Below are positions 47,190-56,094 of a DNA stretch of 64,000 nt, in pieces. The notes beneath the pieces are model-generated. The model made no database searches, was not told the DNA's origin, and was given only the letters and a program-made list of their open reading frames with translations. The DNA comes from a virus (lineage: Duplodnaviria > Caudoviricetes). The DNA is taken from the IMG/VR virus record IMGVR_UViG_3300017589_000168, positions 23,471 through 87,470 of that record; one strand, 5' to 3'. The translations under genes and the position numbers were made by a program. Each line of letters opens with the position of its first letter. Positions within the stretch are counted from its first letter, which is position 1.

Positions 47190-47705
47190 TGTACCCCTAC
47201 ACCCCCCTGTTTTTTTGACATTGGGTGAAAGGATTCTCCAATTTCCTTTCGCCTGAACATTGAAAACAGAATACAGGTGTGATGGGTACATCACCGGCAG
47301 GGGGAGCAACACGCTGGGACACGCGAAGACGAGGGCAATGCTCTCCGAGCGATACTGTCTGCGGCAGTTACGCCCCGTGGTGGGACGGATTGCGACGATC
47401 CCTGCCGGTCATCATGGTACTTCTATCTTGAACGCTTCACCGCATTGGATAGCCCGGTAGACGGCCGGGAAAACGCATCACCCTCATTTGAGAAAGAATG
47501 AGGGGCGGCTTTTATGGAGTCCGGCAGCACCAGCCGGATCGCTTATCACACCTTTGCTTTGATATAAAAATCTATCGTGTTCTATCGGAGCGATAGAAAC
47601 CATGCGGCGGAACAGGCTTTTTGAGTCAACAAACTTTCAAACCTTTGCCTGATTCCGCCGCATTCTTGTGTCGCTCCTTTAGGCAAGCAAAGGAGGCAAA
47701 ATATT
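47190..47705 (+). ncRNA. Candidate structured RNA / long leader
   Basis: At least eight stems visible, including long-range ACCGGCAGGG (47293) / CCCTGCCGGT (47400); no convincing ORF. Confidence 0.5.
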
Positions 47706-49967
47706 ATGGAACAACCTGTCTACATGGCAGATATTCAAAATAAGATTTATGAAGCAGGCTTAATCCGGCAAGAGGAACGCATTGTGCTGACGGCCGAAAA
47801 CTGCGTGCTTTTGGAATACTATACCGGAAAAACATATAGCTACCGCATGGTGGAACTTTCTACCTTAAAGGCAAAGCGGCTCTTTTCCAAAGCGGCGCCG
47901 CTGAATGAAAGCGGCTATCAAAAAGCGATGGACAAAATGCTTTCGCAGGCAGTATCGAAACCGGAAAGCACCTTTTCCATCAAGCCTGTAGTGAGAGCAA
48001 GAAATCTGCTGGAACACATTTTTTCAAACATTCTGCCGGAACATGGTATGGACTTTCGGGAGAATCAGGCGGCTCTGGCACTGGAAATGCTGGAGTCCTT
48101 GCAGGGAAACAGACTGGCGCTCTGTGAGGCCGAGGTGGGTACAGGCAAAACCCATGCCTACATACTGGCCGTAACGGTCCACAACCTGTTCAGCAACAAT
48201 AAATTGCCGACGATTATCTCTACTTCCACCATCGCCCTGCAAAAGGCACTGACGGAAGAATATATCCCTCAGATTTCCGAAATTCTGATGGAACATCGTA
48301 TCATTGACAAACCCCTGTCCTTTGTGGTCCGCAAGGGGAAATCCCATTATGCCTGCGACAGCCGGGTAAAGGGGTATCGTTCCTCTATCGCACACAATGA
48401 CCGCCATGAGGATAAGGAACTGCTTTCTGTCCTGACCGGACTTTTTACAGGAGCCTGCCCCCTTGATTTGGATACGCTCCCTTTAACGGACTATGTGAAA
48501 TCCTGCATCAATGTGGAACGCTGCCATCTGAACTGCCCGCTGTCCTCGGTCTGCCGATACCGTGGCTTTATCCGAAAGGCACAGTCCCTTGGATATGACT
48601 TTCAGATCGCCAACCACAACCTTGTGCTGGCGGATGTACTTGGCAGGAAGAACGGGAGAAGGTCCCTGTTCCCGCCCCGTGGAGTAGTAATTTTTGACGA
48701 AGCCCACAAGCTCCTTGATGCCGCAAGGCAGATGTACGGTATGACAATGGAAAACGTGGAACTGGAACGGCTGGTGGCAAGCATTTGCCATGCCATAGGT
48801 TCGGGGAATCCCGATAAGGCGGAAATCATCAGACTGTGTGAAACCATGCAGGAACAAAACGCCTTACTCTTTGAAGCCCTGCGGTATGCCGCAGGCACAA
48901 GCTATGATAAAAACTGCTACGCCGTACAGATTGACTTAAACTGCATACGAGCTTTGAAAACGCTGATGGCTGTACTGCGCAGGCTGTCAGTGCTTTTTTA
49001 TACGACCTCCCGTGAAAAAAGGGATCGGTACGACCGGCTGGTGAACCGCATGGAGCAGCAGGAGACCAAGCTATCCATCCTGTTTCATCATGCCAGTTCT
49101 ATTCTTTGGCTGGAAATGACCGGAGCAACGGCCAGCCGGGTCTGCGCCTTGCCAAAGCAGCTTGATTTTCTATTATCGGAGGATATTTGGCAGGAAGAAA
49201 TTCCGTATATCCTGACCTCCGGCACGATCTCTGTCGGAGGTGACTTTTCTCATTTCAAGCGAAATAGCGGAATTATACTGGCGGAGAAACGCCGTGTCTT
49301 TGAAACCAGCAAGGCTTCTCCCTTTGATTATCCGAACCATGCCCTGCTGTATCTCCCGCAGGATATACCCACTCCTTCAGACAAAGACAGCGGCTATTTT
49401 CAGGCGGTGGTAAATCGGCTGGTGGAGCTGGTTGAAGCGACCCATGGGCATACCCTGATTCTGTTTACATCCTACCGCATGATGGAGCAGGCATATGACG
49501 AGTTGTGCGGACGGATCACTTCGTTTCCCATATTCCGTATGGGCAAAGGCCGTCTGGATGCCATAGACACTTTCCGAAAAAGCGATAACGGTGTCCTCTG
49601 TGCCAGTGACAGCGCTGGAGAGGGCATTGACCTTGCCGGGGATATTTTATCCTCCCTCATTGTGGTAAAGCTGCCTTTCCCGGCTCCCGATCCGGTGTTG
49701 GAATATGAAAAGACCCTGTATCCTGACTTCTACGGCTATCTGAACGAGGTCATTGTACCGGGTATGCTGATTAAACTGCGCCAATGGTTTGGCCGGGGCA
49801 TCCGCAGGGAAACGGATACCTGTGTTTTCTCCATCCTCGACAGTCGGGCAAGCAGGCGCTACCGGAACGACATACTGGCGGCCTTGCCTGATATGCCGGT
49901 TACGCACCAACTTTCTGATGTGAACCGCTTTATTGCGGCCAAGAAGTCGGGCGCCTACTTTGAATGA
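47706..49967 (+). CDS. dinG: DinG/XPD-family Fe-S SF2 helicase
   Basis: QAALALEM Q-motif, EAEVGTGKT, Cys cluster, ANHNL, FDEAH, TSGT, LFTSY, EGID, QWFGRGIR. Confidence 0.9.
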   Translation: MEQPVYMADIQNKIYEAGLIRQEERIVLTAENCVLLEYYTGKTYSYRMVELSTLKAKRLFSKAAPLNESGYQKAMDKMLSQAVSKPESTFSIKPVVRARNLLEHIFSNILPEHGMDFRENQAALALEMLESLQGNRLALCEAEVGTGKTHAYILAVTVHNLFSNNKLPTIISTSTIALQKALTEEYIPQISEILMEHRIIDKPLSFVVRKGKSHYACDSRVKGYRSSIAHNDRHEDKELLSVLTGLFTGACPLDLDTLPLTDYVKSCINVERCHLNCPLSSVCRYRGFIRKAQSLGYDFQIANHNLVLADVLGRKNGRRSLFPPRGVVIFDEAHKLLDAARQMYGMTMENVELERLVASICHAIGSGNPDKAEIIRLCETMQEQNALLFEALRYAAGTSYDKNCYAVQIDLNCIRALKTLMAVLRRLSVLFYTTSREKRDRYDRLVNRMEQQETKLSILFHHASSILWLEMTGATASRVCALPKQLDFLLSEDIWQEEIPYILTSGTISVGGDFSHFKRNSGIILAEKRRVFETSKASPFDYPNHALLYLPQDIPTPSDKDSGYFQAVVNRLVELVEATHGHTLILFTSYRMMEQAYDELCGRITSFPIFRMGKGRLDAIDTFRKSDNGVLCASDSAGEGIDLAGDILSSLIVVKLPFPAPDPVLEYEKTLYPDFYGYLNEVIVPGMLIKLRQWFGRGIRRETDTCVFSILDSRASRRYRNDILAALPDMPVTHQLSDVNRFIAAKKSGAYFE

Positions 49968-50120
49968 GTGGGTGCCCGTCTTTTCCCCAAGAAAAAGGAC
50001 GGAGCCTATTCATTGTTTCTTTCGTTCGGCTGTCACCTGACAAGCTGAACCGGAATATACTGTATCAGGGCGGTAAGGCGGGTAAGCCTTATCGCCCTGT
50101 GTCCTGAAAGGAGTGACCCA

Positions 50121-50378
50121 GTGGACTCTTTATCAAACATAGATTTTGAAGCTATGAAAAACATAGACATCCGAACGGTCAACCCGGATACTCTGGTTGA
50201 CATTAACGATACAAAAGTCAATGCAAAACTGCCCAAAGAAGAACGGATACTGGACTTTATCCAGCAAATAAGAAATCCATATTGCTACAAGTGCGGAAAG
50301 GTCGTGGTCAAAATCAGCTTTAACGATACCGATGCCACACTGGAGGACAGGATGGAAAGTATTTTGAGGATGATGTGA
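50121..50378 (+). CDS. Small conserved recombinase-adjacent protein (DUF6870-like)
   Basis: GTG start after AAAGGAG; DIRTVNPDTLVDI...ERILDFIQQIRNPYCYKCG. Confidence 0.75.
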   Translation: MDSLSNIDFEAMKNIDIRTVNPDTLVDINDTKVNAKLPKEERILDFIQQIRNPYCYKCGKVVVKISFNDTDATLEDRMESILRMM

Positions 50379-50436
50379 GATGGATGGATTATTTCGGGCG
50401 GAGCCTGACCGTGCGGGTTCGGAGAAACGGCAATAT

Positions 50437-50469
50437 TGTCTGGACGCATCCTGAAAGGGGTGCTATAAT
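50437..50469 (+). promoter_or_regulatory. Promoter TGGACG-17-TATAAT (motif copy 2) upstream of the recombinases
   Basis: TGTCTGGACGC at 50437, TATAAT at 50464. Confidence 0.7.
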
Positions 50470-50550
50470 TATACATGGACTAATATTAGCGGACGCCCAT
50501 TGATACGGTCAGGTTTTGCTTCTTGACTTTTTCAATCGGGAGGTTTCGTT

Positions 50551-52218
50551 ATGCCATTAAATAAGGAAATAACAATTTATAATGCTGTGGACTATTTGCG
50601 TCTCTCTAAAGAAGATGGCGACAAAACAGAAAGCGACAGCATTTCTAATCAAAGAGATTTAATAACCAATTTTGTAAAGTCAATGCCCGAAATCCGTCTC
50701 TGTTCGGAAAGAATAGATGACGGATTTAGTGGCGTTGACTTTAATCGTCCTGCCTTTAATTTGATGATGGAGGACGTAAAAGCTGGGCGCATCAACTGTA
50801 TCATCGTAAAAGACCTGTCACGTTTCGGAAGAAACTACATCGAGGCAGGACGATATATTGAACGGATTTTTCCGTTTTTAGGTGTCCGTTTCATTGCCAT
50901 CAACGACGGCTATGACAGCGCAAAGGAGAGAACGCCGTCAGATGACATCATAATTCCCTTCAAGAACCTCGTCAACGATGCGTATTGCAGGGACATTTCC
51001 GTTAAAATCAGGAGCCAACTTGATGTAAAACGCAAGAAGGGCGAATTCATTGGTTCATTTGCCGTCTACGGTTACATGAAATCAGCAGAGAATAAAAATC
51101 AACTGGTCATTGACCCCTATGCCGCAAAGATTGTACGGGATATTTTTGCATGGAAGCTGGACGGACTCAGCCAGCAAGGGATAGCTGACAGGCTGAATGA
51201 GATCAGCGAGCCATCCCCCATGGAATATAAACGCTTTTTAGGGCTTAACTTTGCCACCAGCTTTCAGGTGAATCCCAAGGCAAAGTGGACTGCTGTGGCG
51301 GTTGGCCGCATTTTGAAAAACCCTATTTACGCAGGGCATCTTGTACAGGGTAAGGAAAGCACGCCAAACTACAAAATTAAACAACGGATTCTGAAACCGG
51401 AGGATAAATGGATTCGGGTGGAAAACACCCATGAGCCTATTATCCCCCAAGAAATTTTTGACACAGTAAACCGTGTGCTGGCACAGGATACTCGTATCGC
51501 TCCAGACGGAGAAGCTGTCTACCCGTTTTCCGGTTTGCTTTTTTGTGCTGACTGCAAAAGTGGTATGGTGCGAAAGACTGTACCCGCAGGCGGGAAGAAG
51601 TACGCCTACTATTATTGCTCAAAGAATAAAGCCGGGGAGGGCTGCACCACCCACTGCATCAGTGAAAAGGTGCTGGAAAAGGCGGTTCTGAAAGCACTTC
51701 AAAATCACATTGCTTCTATTCTCGACATTGAACGGACTCTCCATTATATAGACACCCTCCCAATGCAGCAGGAGGAAATCCGAAAAATTGATACCCAACT
51801 GCTGATGAAACAGGAGGAAATCGAAAAGTATAAAAACCTTAAAGTGTCTATCTATGAGGATTTGAAAAGCGGTATCATTGACGCGGATGAGTACAGGGAA
51901 TTCAAAGAAATCTATGGGAACAAGTGTGAGGAAGCCCAAAAGGCTGCCGAACGGCTGAAACAGGATATTACTCTAATTCTTGCGGGTAAGGGAGTAAACA
52001 GCGTTTGGATTGAAGCCTTCAAGAAGAATCGGAATATTACTGAGTTATCCCGAAAGGTAGTTGTTTCCCTGATTGAGTGGGTCAATATCTATTCCGGCAG
52101 CCGGGTGGAAATCCGATTCCGCTATCAGTATGAATATGAAAGAGCTTTGTTCTTTGCCGAGAATGCCAAAGACCTGATTGTAACAGATTCGCCGACTCCC
52201 ATAAAGGGGGTGGTGTGA
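50551..52218 (+). CDS. Large serine recombinase 1
   Basis: YLRLS catalytic motif, DDGFSG, KDLSRFGR, recombinase domain, CADC/C-K Zn ribbon. Confidence 0.95.
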   Translation: MPLNKEITIYNAVDYLRLSKEDGDKTESDSISNQRDLITNFVKSMPEIRLCSERIDDGFSGVDFNRPAFNLMMEDVKAGRINCIIVKDLSRFGRNYIEAGRYIERIFPFLGVRFIAINDGYDSAKERTPSDDIIIPFKNLVNDAYCRDISVKIRSQLDVKRKKGEFIGSFAVYGYMKSAENKNQLVIDPYAAKIVRDIFAWKLDGLSQQGIADRLNEISEPSPMEYKRFLGLNFATSFQVNPKAKWTAVAVGRILKNPIYAGHLVQGKESTPNYKIKQRILKPEDKWIRVENTHEPIIPQEIFDTVNRVLAQDTRIAPDGEAVYPFSGLLFCADCKSGMVRKTVPAGGKKYAYYYCSKNKAGEGCTTHCISEKVLEKAVLKALQNHIASILDIERTLHYIDTLPMQQEEIRKIDTQLLMKQEEIEKYKNLKVSIYEDLKSGIIDADEYREFKEIYGNKCEEAQKAAERLKQDITLILAGKGVNSVWIEAFKKNRNITELSRKVVVSLIEWVNIYSGSRVEIRFRYQYEYERALFFAENAKDLIVTDSPTPIKGVV

Positions 52219-52219
52219 G

Positions 52220-53896
52220 ATGGCGAGAACAAGCAGAAAGCAAATAGATAATCTCCCTCAGGTTCCACTTGAAACGATATGGAACACCTGTATTTATGGG
52301 CGGCTGTCGGAGGAAGATGAGCGGAAAAAACAAAGTGATTCCATCGGCAATCAAATCTCCATGTTGGAACGCCATATCGCTGAAAGGCCGTACCTGAAGC
52401 TCATATCTGTTTTTAAGGATGTCAATCAGACAGGAACGAACTTCGACCGTCCCGGCTTTAATGAAATGATGGACGCCATCAAGGGTGGAAAAATCAACTG
52501 CATTGTGGTCAAAGACCTGTCCCGTTTCGGCAGAAACTACATTGAAACCGGAACTTATCTTGAAAAAATACTGCCATTCTTCAATGTTCGCTTTATCTCC
52601 GTGAACGATGCCTATGACAGTCTGAATGCCAGCAGTCAGGATGACGGGTATGCCGTTCCCCTGAAAAATCTGATCCATGATGTGTATGCCAGAGATATAT
52701 CAAAAAAGATAAAGTCGGGGCTTGCAGTTAAGAGAAGCAGAGGGGAATTTACCGGCTGTGTCGCAGCCTACGGCTATCAAAAGGCGGATAACGGCAAGCT
52801 GGTAATTGACGAAGAAACCGCACCGATTGTCAGGAATATTTTCAAATGGGCAGCAAACGGCATGGGCGATATGCGGATTGTGCAAAGGCTCAATGAGTTG
52901 GGTATTCCCTCCCCAAGCCAGTACCGTTATGAAAAGGGCATCTTAAAAAATGAGCGTTATGCCGATATGCGCTATTGGTATAAAAGTGCCGTCCGCAGGA
53001 TTTTGGTCAACCCGGTTTACCTCGGTCATATGGTTCAGGGAAAAACAAAATCTGATCTATGGGGCAAGGGCGGCTGCGTGGAGTTGCCGCAGGATCAGTG
53101 GGTGGAAATCAAGAACACTCATGAACCCTTGGTTGATGAAGAAACCTTTTTGGCTATACGGCAAATCAAACAGGAACGGGAGTCCGGCGAGAGAAAAGAA
53201 GTGGAACCGCAACGGTCAAATATCTTGAAAGGGCTTGTGTTCTGCGGTGATTGCAAACGGAGCATGAAATGGCGTAAGATGCCCAAAGCAAAGGGTTCAG
53301 CACTCTATTACTTTAGCTGTGCCACCTACGAGGATATTGCTAAAAATGACTGCATCAAAAAACGGATGGACGAACCGGATTTGCTCTCTATTCTGGGTAC
53401 GGCTATCCGCAAGCAGATTGACCTTGCCGTTGACATGGATCGAATGGTGTCTAAGCTCAATGCAAAGGAAGGCTTCTGCCAGCAGCAGAGTGAGATGGAC
53501 ACAGAGATTTCCGAAACGGAAAAGAAGCTGTCCAGACTGTCCATGCTTAGAAGCTCCTTGTACGAGGATTATCAGGAAAAGCTCCTTGATGAAGCGGAAT
53601 ATCTCTTTACAAAAGCAAAGTACGAGAAAGATGTCACCCTTTTGCGGAGCCACCTTGATGAACTATCCATGCAAAAGCACCGTCTTGATACCATGCTGAC
53701 ACCTCAAAATCCATGGATAACAGCCTTGAAAAAATTTAAGAAGAACAAAGCTATAACGGGAGAAATGATTTCCGAACTGATAGAATGGGTGGAAATATTC
53801 AGCGATCAAACAGTATCCATCTGTTTCAGGTACAGGGATGAGTTTGAAAGTTTGCTGCGATTTATCGAGGCAGACGGAGAGGCGGGTGTTTCATGA
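52220..53896 (+). CDS. Large serine recombinase 2
   Basis: YGRLS, TGTNFDRP, KDLSRFGR, CGDC. Confidence 0.95.
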   Translation: MARTSRKQIDNLPQVPLETIWNTCIYGRLSEEDERKKQSDSIGNQISMLERHIAERPYLKLISVFKDVNQTGTNFDRPGFNEMMDAIKGGKINCIVVKDLSRFGRNYIETGTYLEKILPFFNVRFISVNDAYDSLNASSQDDGYAVPLKNLIHDVYARDISKKIKSGLAVKRSRGEFTGCVAAYGYQKADNGKLVIDEETAPIVRNIFKWAANGMGDMRIVQRLNELGIPSPSQYRYEKGILKNERYADMRYWYKSAVRRILVNPVYLGHMVQGKTKSDLWGKGGCVELPQDQWVEIKNTHEPLVDEETFLAIRQIKQERESGERKEVEPQRSNILKGLVFCGDCKRSMKWRKMPKAKGSALYYFSCATYEDIAKNDCIKKRMDEPDLLSILGTAIRKQIDLAVDMDRMVSKLNAKEGFCQQQSEMDTEISETEKKLSRLSMLRSSLYEDYQEKLLDEAEYLFTKAKYEKDVTLLRSHLDELSMQKHRLDTMLTPQNPWITALKKFKKNKAITGEMISELIEWVEIFSDQTVSICFRYRDEFESLLRFIEADGEAGVS

Positions 53897-55512
53897 GTAT
53901 CAAGAATATTCTTGCCCGTTATATCCGGCTGTCCAAAGAGGACGAAAACGAGGGCGAAAGCAACAGCATCATAAACCAGAGGGAGCTTCTGAAAGCCTTT
54001 GTGGAAAGCTCTCCAGACCTCTCACAGTATGAAGTGGTTGAGTTTTGCGATGATGGTTACAGCGGTACGAACTTTGACCGTCCGGGCGTGAAAGCCTTGC
54101 TGGAAGAAGTGCGTGCGGGGAACATAAACTGTATCATAGTGAAAGACCTATCCCGTTTCGGAAGAAACTACATTGACATCGGAGATTATTTGGAGCAGAT
54201 ATTCCCCTTTTTAGGGGTGCGCTTTATCTCCGTAAACGACCATTTTGACAGCAATGACTTTGACGGTACGACTGGCGGACTTGATATGGGTTTCAGAAAC
54301 TTGATTTACTCCCTTTACAGCAAAGACCTGTCACAAAAAGTACGGAGTGCAAAGAAAACCCGCATGGAGAAAGGCGAATTTATCAGCAGTCATGCACCTT
54401 ACGGCTATGCAAAGTCATCGAAAAATCGCAAGAAACTTGTAATTGACGAAAAGGCGGCATCTGTTGTCAGACGCATCTTTGCCATGGCAGACGAGGGCAA
54501 AAACGCAGTCCAAATCGCCGCCATCCTGAATGCGGAGGGTATCCCGACGCCATATGCCTATAAGCGGCTGATAGGTTGTGACCGTAAATTCAATGTGGTC
54601 GGAAATACAAACCACTGGCATAATACAACCATCCTGACCATCATCCGTGACGAACGCTATACAGGGAAAATGGTAAACGGGAAAAACCGCAACCCTTTTG
54701 TCGGAAGCAAGCACGGGAAACGTGTCCCGAAAAGTGAGTGGATTGTCGTACCGAATACCCACGAAGCCATTGTTTCTGAAGAACTTTTTTCCTCGGTTCA
54801 GGAGCGTTTCTCTGCCCCTGTGAGGATAAGAACAGAACCGGCCGAGGTCAGACCACTGATGGGCAAGGTGAAATGCGGGGTTTGCCAGCACGTTATGCGA
54901 AGAAGCAATAGCCCCTCGGCTACCGCATATTATTATTGTGAAAGCCACCAATATGTAGCTGACAGCACCTGCCCAAAAGATAGGATTTCCGAAAGCAGCC
55001 TGATACAGACTGTCCTATCTGTGATACATAAGCAGATAGAGGTCATGCTTGATATGGAACAGCTTTTTGACAGAGTGAAAACGCAAAGTCATAATGATAT
55101 AACCACTCTGACAGAGCAGATTAGGCAACTCCAAGCAGCCCTCTCCAAGCTGAGAGCATCCAAGGTTAAGGCATATGAAAAATACAAAGATGGGGCTTTG
55201 GACAGGGACAGCTACGCAAGCCAAAAGGCGGATATTGGCAAGGAGATTGCGGAAACAGAATCCCTAATCGTTGAACTTGAAACAGCATTGCAAAGCCGTT
55301 ATCAGGAAAACGGACAGCCGATTTCCATCATTGAGAGCTTCAAGCGGTATGAGGGATTTACTGAGCTTTCAAAAGAAATAGCAGATGAGCTAATCGACAG
55401 CATCTATATCTACGGAAGTGAAGCGATTGAAATTGTGTGGAACCATATGGATGAGTATATGAGACTTGTCCAGTATGTCGAAAAAGGAGTATGCGTAGAT
55501 GAAAACAGATAA
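53893..55512 (+). CDS. Large serine recombinase 3
   Basis: YIRLS, DDGYSGTNFDRP, KDLSRFGR, CGVC. Confidence 0.95.
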   Translation: MSIKNILARYIRLSKEDENEGESNSIINQRELLKAFVESSPDLSQYEVVEFCDDGYSGTNFDRPGVKALLEEVRAGNINCIIVKDLSRFGRNYIDIGDYLEQIFPFLGVRFISVNDHFDSNDFDGTTGGLDMGFRNLIYSLYSKDLSQKVRSAKKTRMEKGEFISSHAPYGYAKSSKNRKKLVIDEKAASVVRRIFAMADEGKNAVQIAAILNAEGIPTPYAYKRLIGCDRKFNVVGNTNHWHNTTILTIIRDERYTGKMVNGKNRNPFVGSKHGKRVPKSEWIVVPNTHEAIVSEELFSSVQERFSAPVRIRTEPAEVRPLMGKVKCGVCQHVMRRSNSPSATAYYYCESHQYVADSTCPKDRISESSLIQTVLSVIHKQIEVMLDMEQLFDRVKTQSHNDITTLTEQIRQLQAALSKLRASKVKAYEKYKDGALDRDSYASQKADIGKEIAETESLIVELETALQSRYQENGQPISIIESFKRYEGFTELSKEIADELIDSIYIYGSEAIEIVWNHMDEYMRLVQYVEKGVCVDENR

Positions 55513-55541
55513 TAAAAACAGCGTTCCGAGGAACGCTTGGA
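55499..55541 (+). pseudogene. 5' fragment of a split resolvase-family gene (MKTDNKNSVPRNAW)
   Basis: AAGGAG RBS at 55484, ATG at 55499; joins in frame to 63418 through a shared TGGA. Confidence 0.55.
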
Positions 55542-55821
55542 CTATACTTGGTATGTAGGCAAAAAGAGTAGATCAACTCTTCTTTGGAGTCGGTCTGCTC
55601 TATTAATTATGGAGTGCTCATAAGGGGTATCCTGCTAATTCTTTCACCGGACTTTATGAGATTGGCTGACTACAGGGTTCTCACTTCTCTGCTGCTCGTA
55701 ACCCTGCTCTGTGTGTTGGGTCATGCGATTGCGAACATTGCTTCGTGGTGCAGGGCTGTCCCCTTTCGTTTGATTTAAAAAGCACCCGGTGTTCAGCAAC
55801 ACAGCATACAAAAACAAGTGC

Positions 55822-55851
55822 TTTACATTCTTCTGCAAAAGGAAGTATAAT
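55822..55851 (+). promoter_or_regulatory. SigA-like promoter
   Basis: TTTACA-18 nt-TATAAT upstream of the HTH gene. Confidence 0.55.
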
Positions 55852-55880
55852 GAAATTATCTACTATTTCCATGAAAACAG

Positions 55881-56066
55881 GTGAAGCATATGGATTATAT
55901 AACAGTCAAAGAGGCGGCAGAAAAATGGGATGTTTCTCCCCGCTCCATTACCTATCATCTTGTGGCTGGGCGCATCTTCGGTGCTGTGAAAAAAGGAAAC
56001 CTTTGGCTTATTCCCGCAGCCGCCGAAAAGCCTGCGGATTTGCGTAGGGGAAAGAAAAAGTGCTGA
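55881..56066 (+). CDS. Small excisionase-like HTH protein
   Basis: YITVKEAAEKWDVSPRSI...GAVKKGNLWLIP. Confidence 0.8.
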   Translation: MKHMDYITVKEAAEKWDVSPRSITYHLVAGRIFGAVKKGNLWLIPAAAEKPADLRRGKKKC

Positions 56067-56094
56067 AATTGGCTGCCTTCGGCAAAATAAAATT

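Larger units (their letters stand above)
1..55512 (+). mobile_element. Integrative conjugative element (left end outside window; right end at ~55.5 kb or ~63.84 kb)
   Basis: Co-oriented relaxase-like gene, VirD4, VirB4, VirB6-like and pilin genes, cargo block, and a terminal cluster of three large serine recombinases. Confidence 0.9.

Noticed and set aside
55520-55580. Definite attR site
   Set aside because: Short IRs exist (AGCGTTCC-GA-GGAACGCT; AAGAGT-N6-ACTCTT) but attL is outside the window, so no core can be matched.
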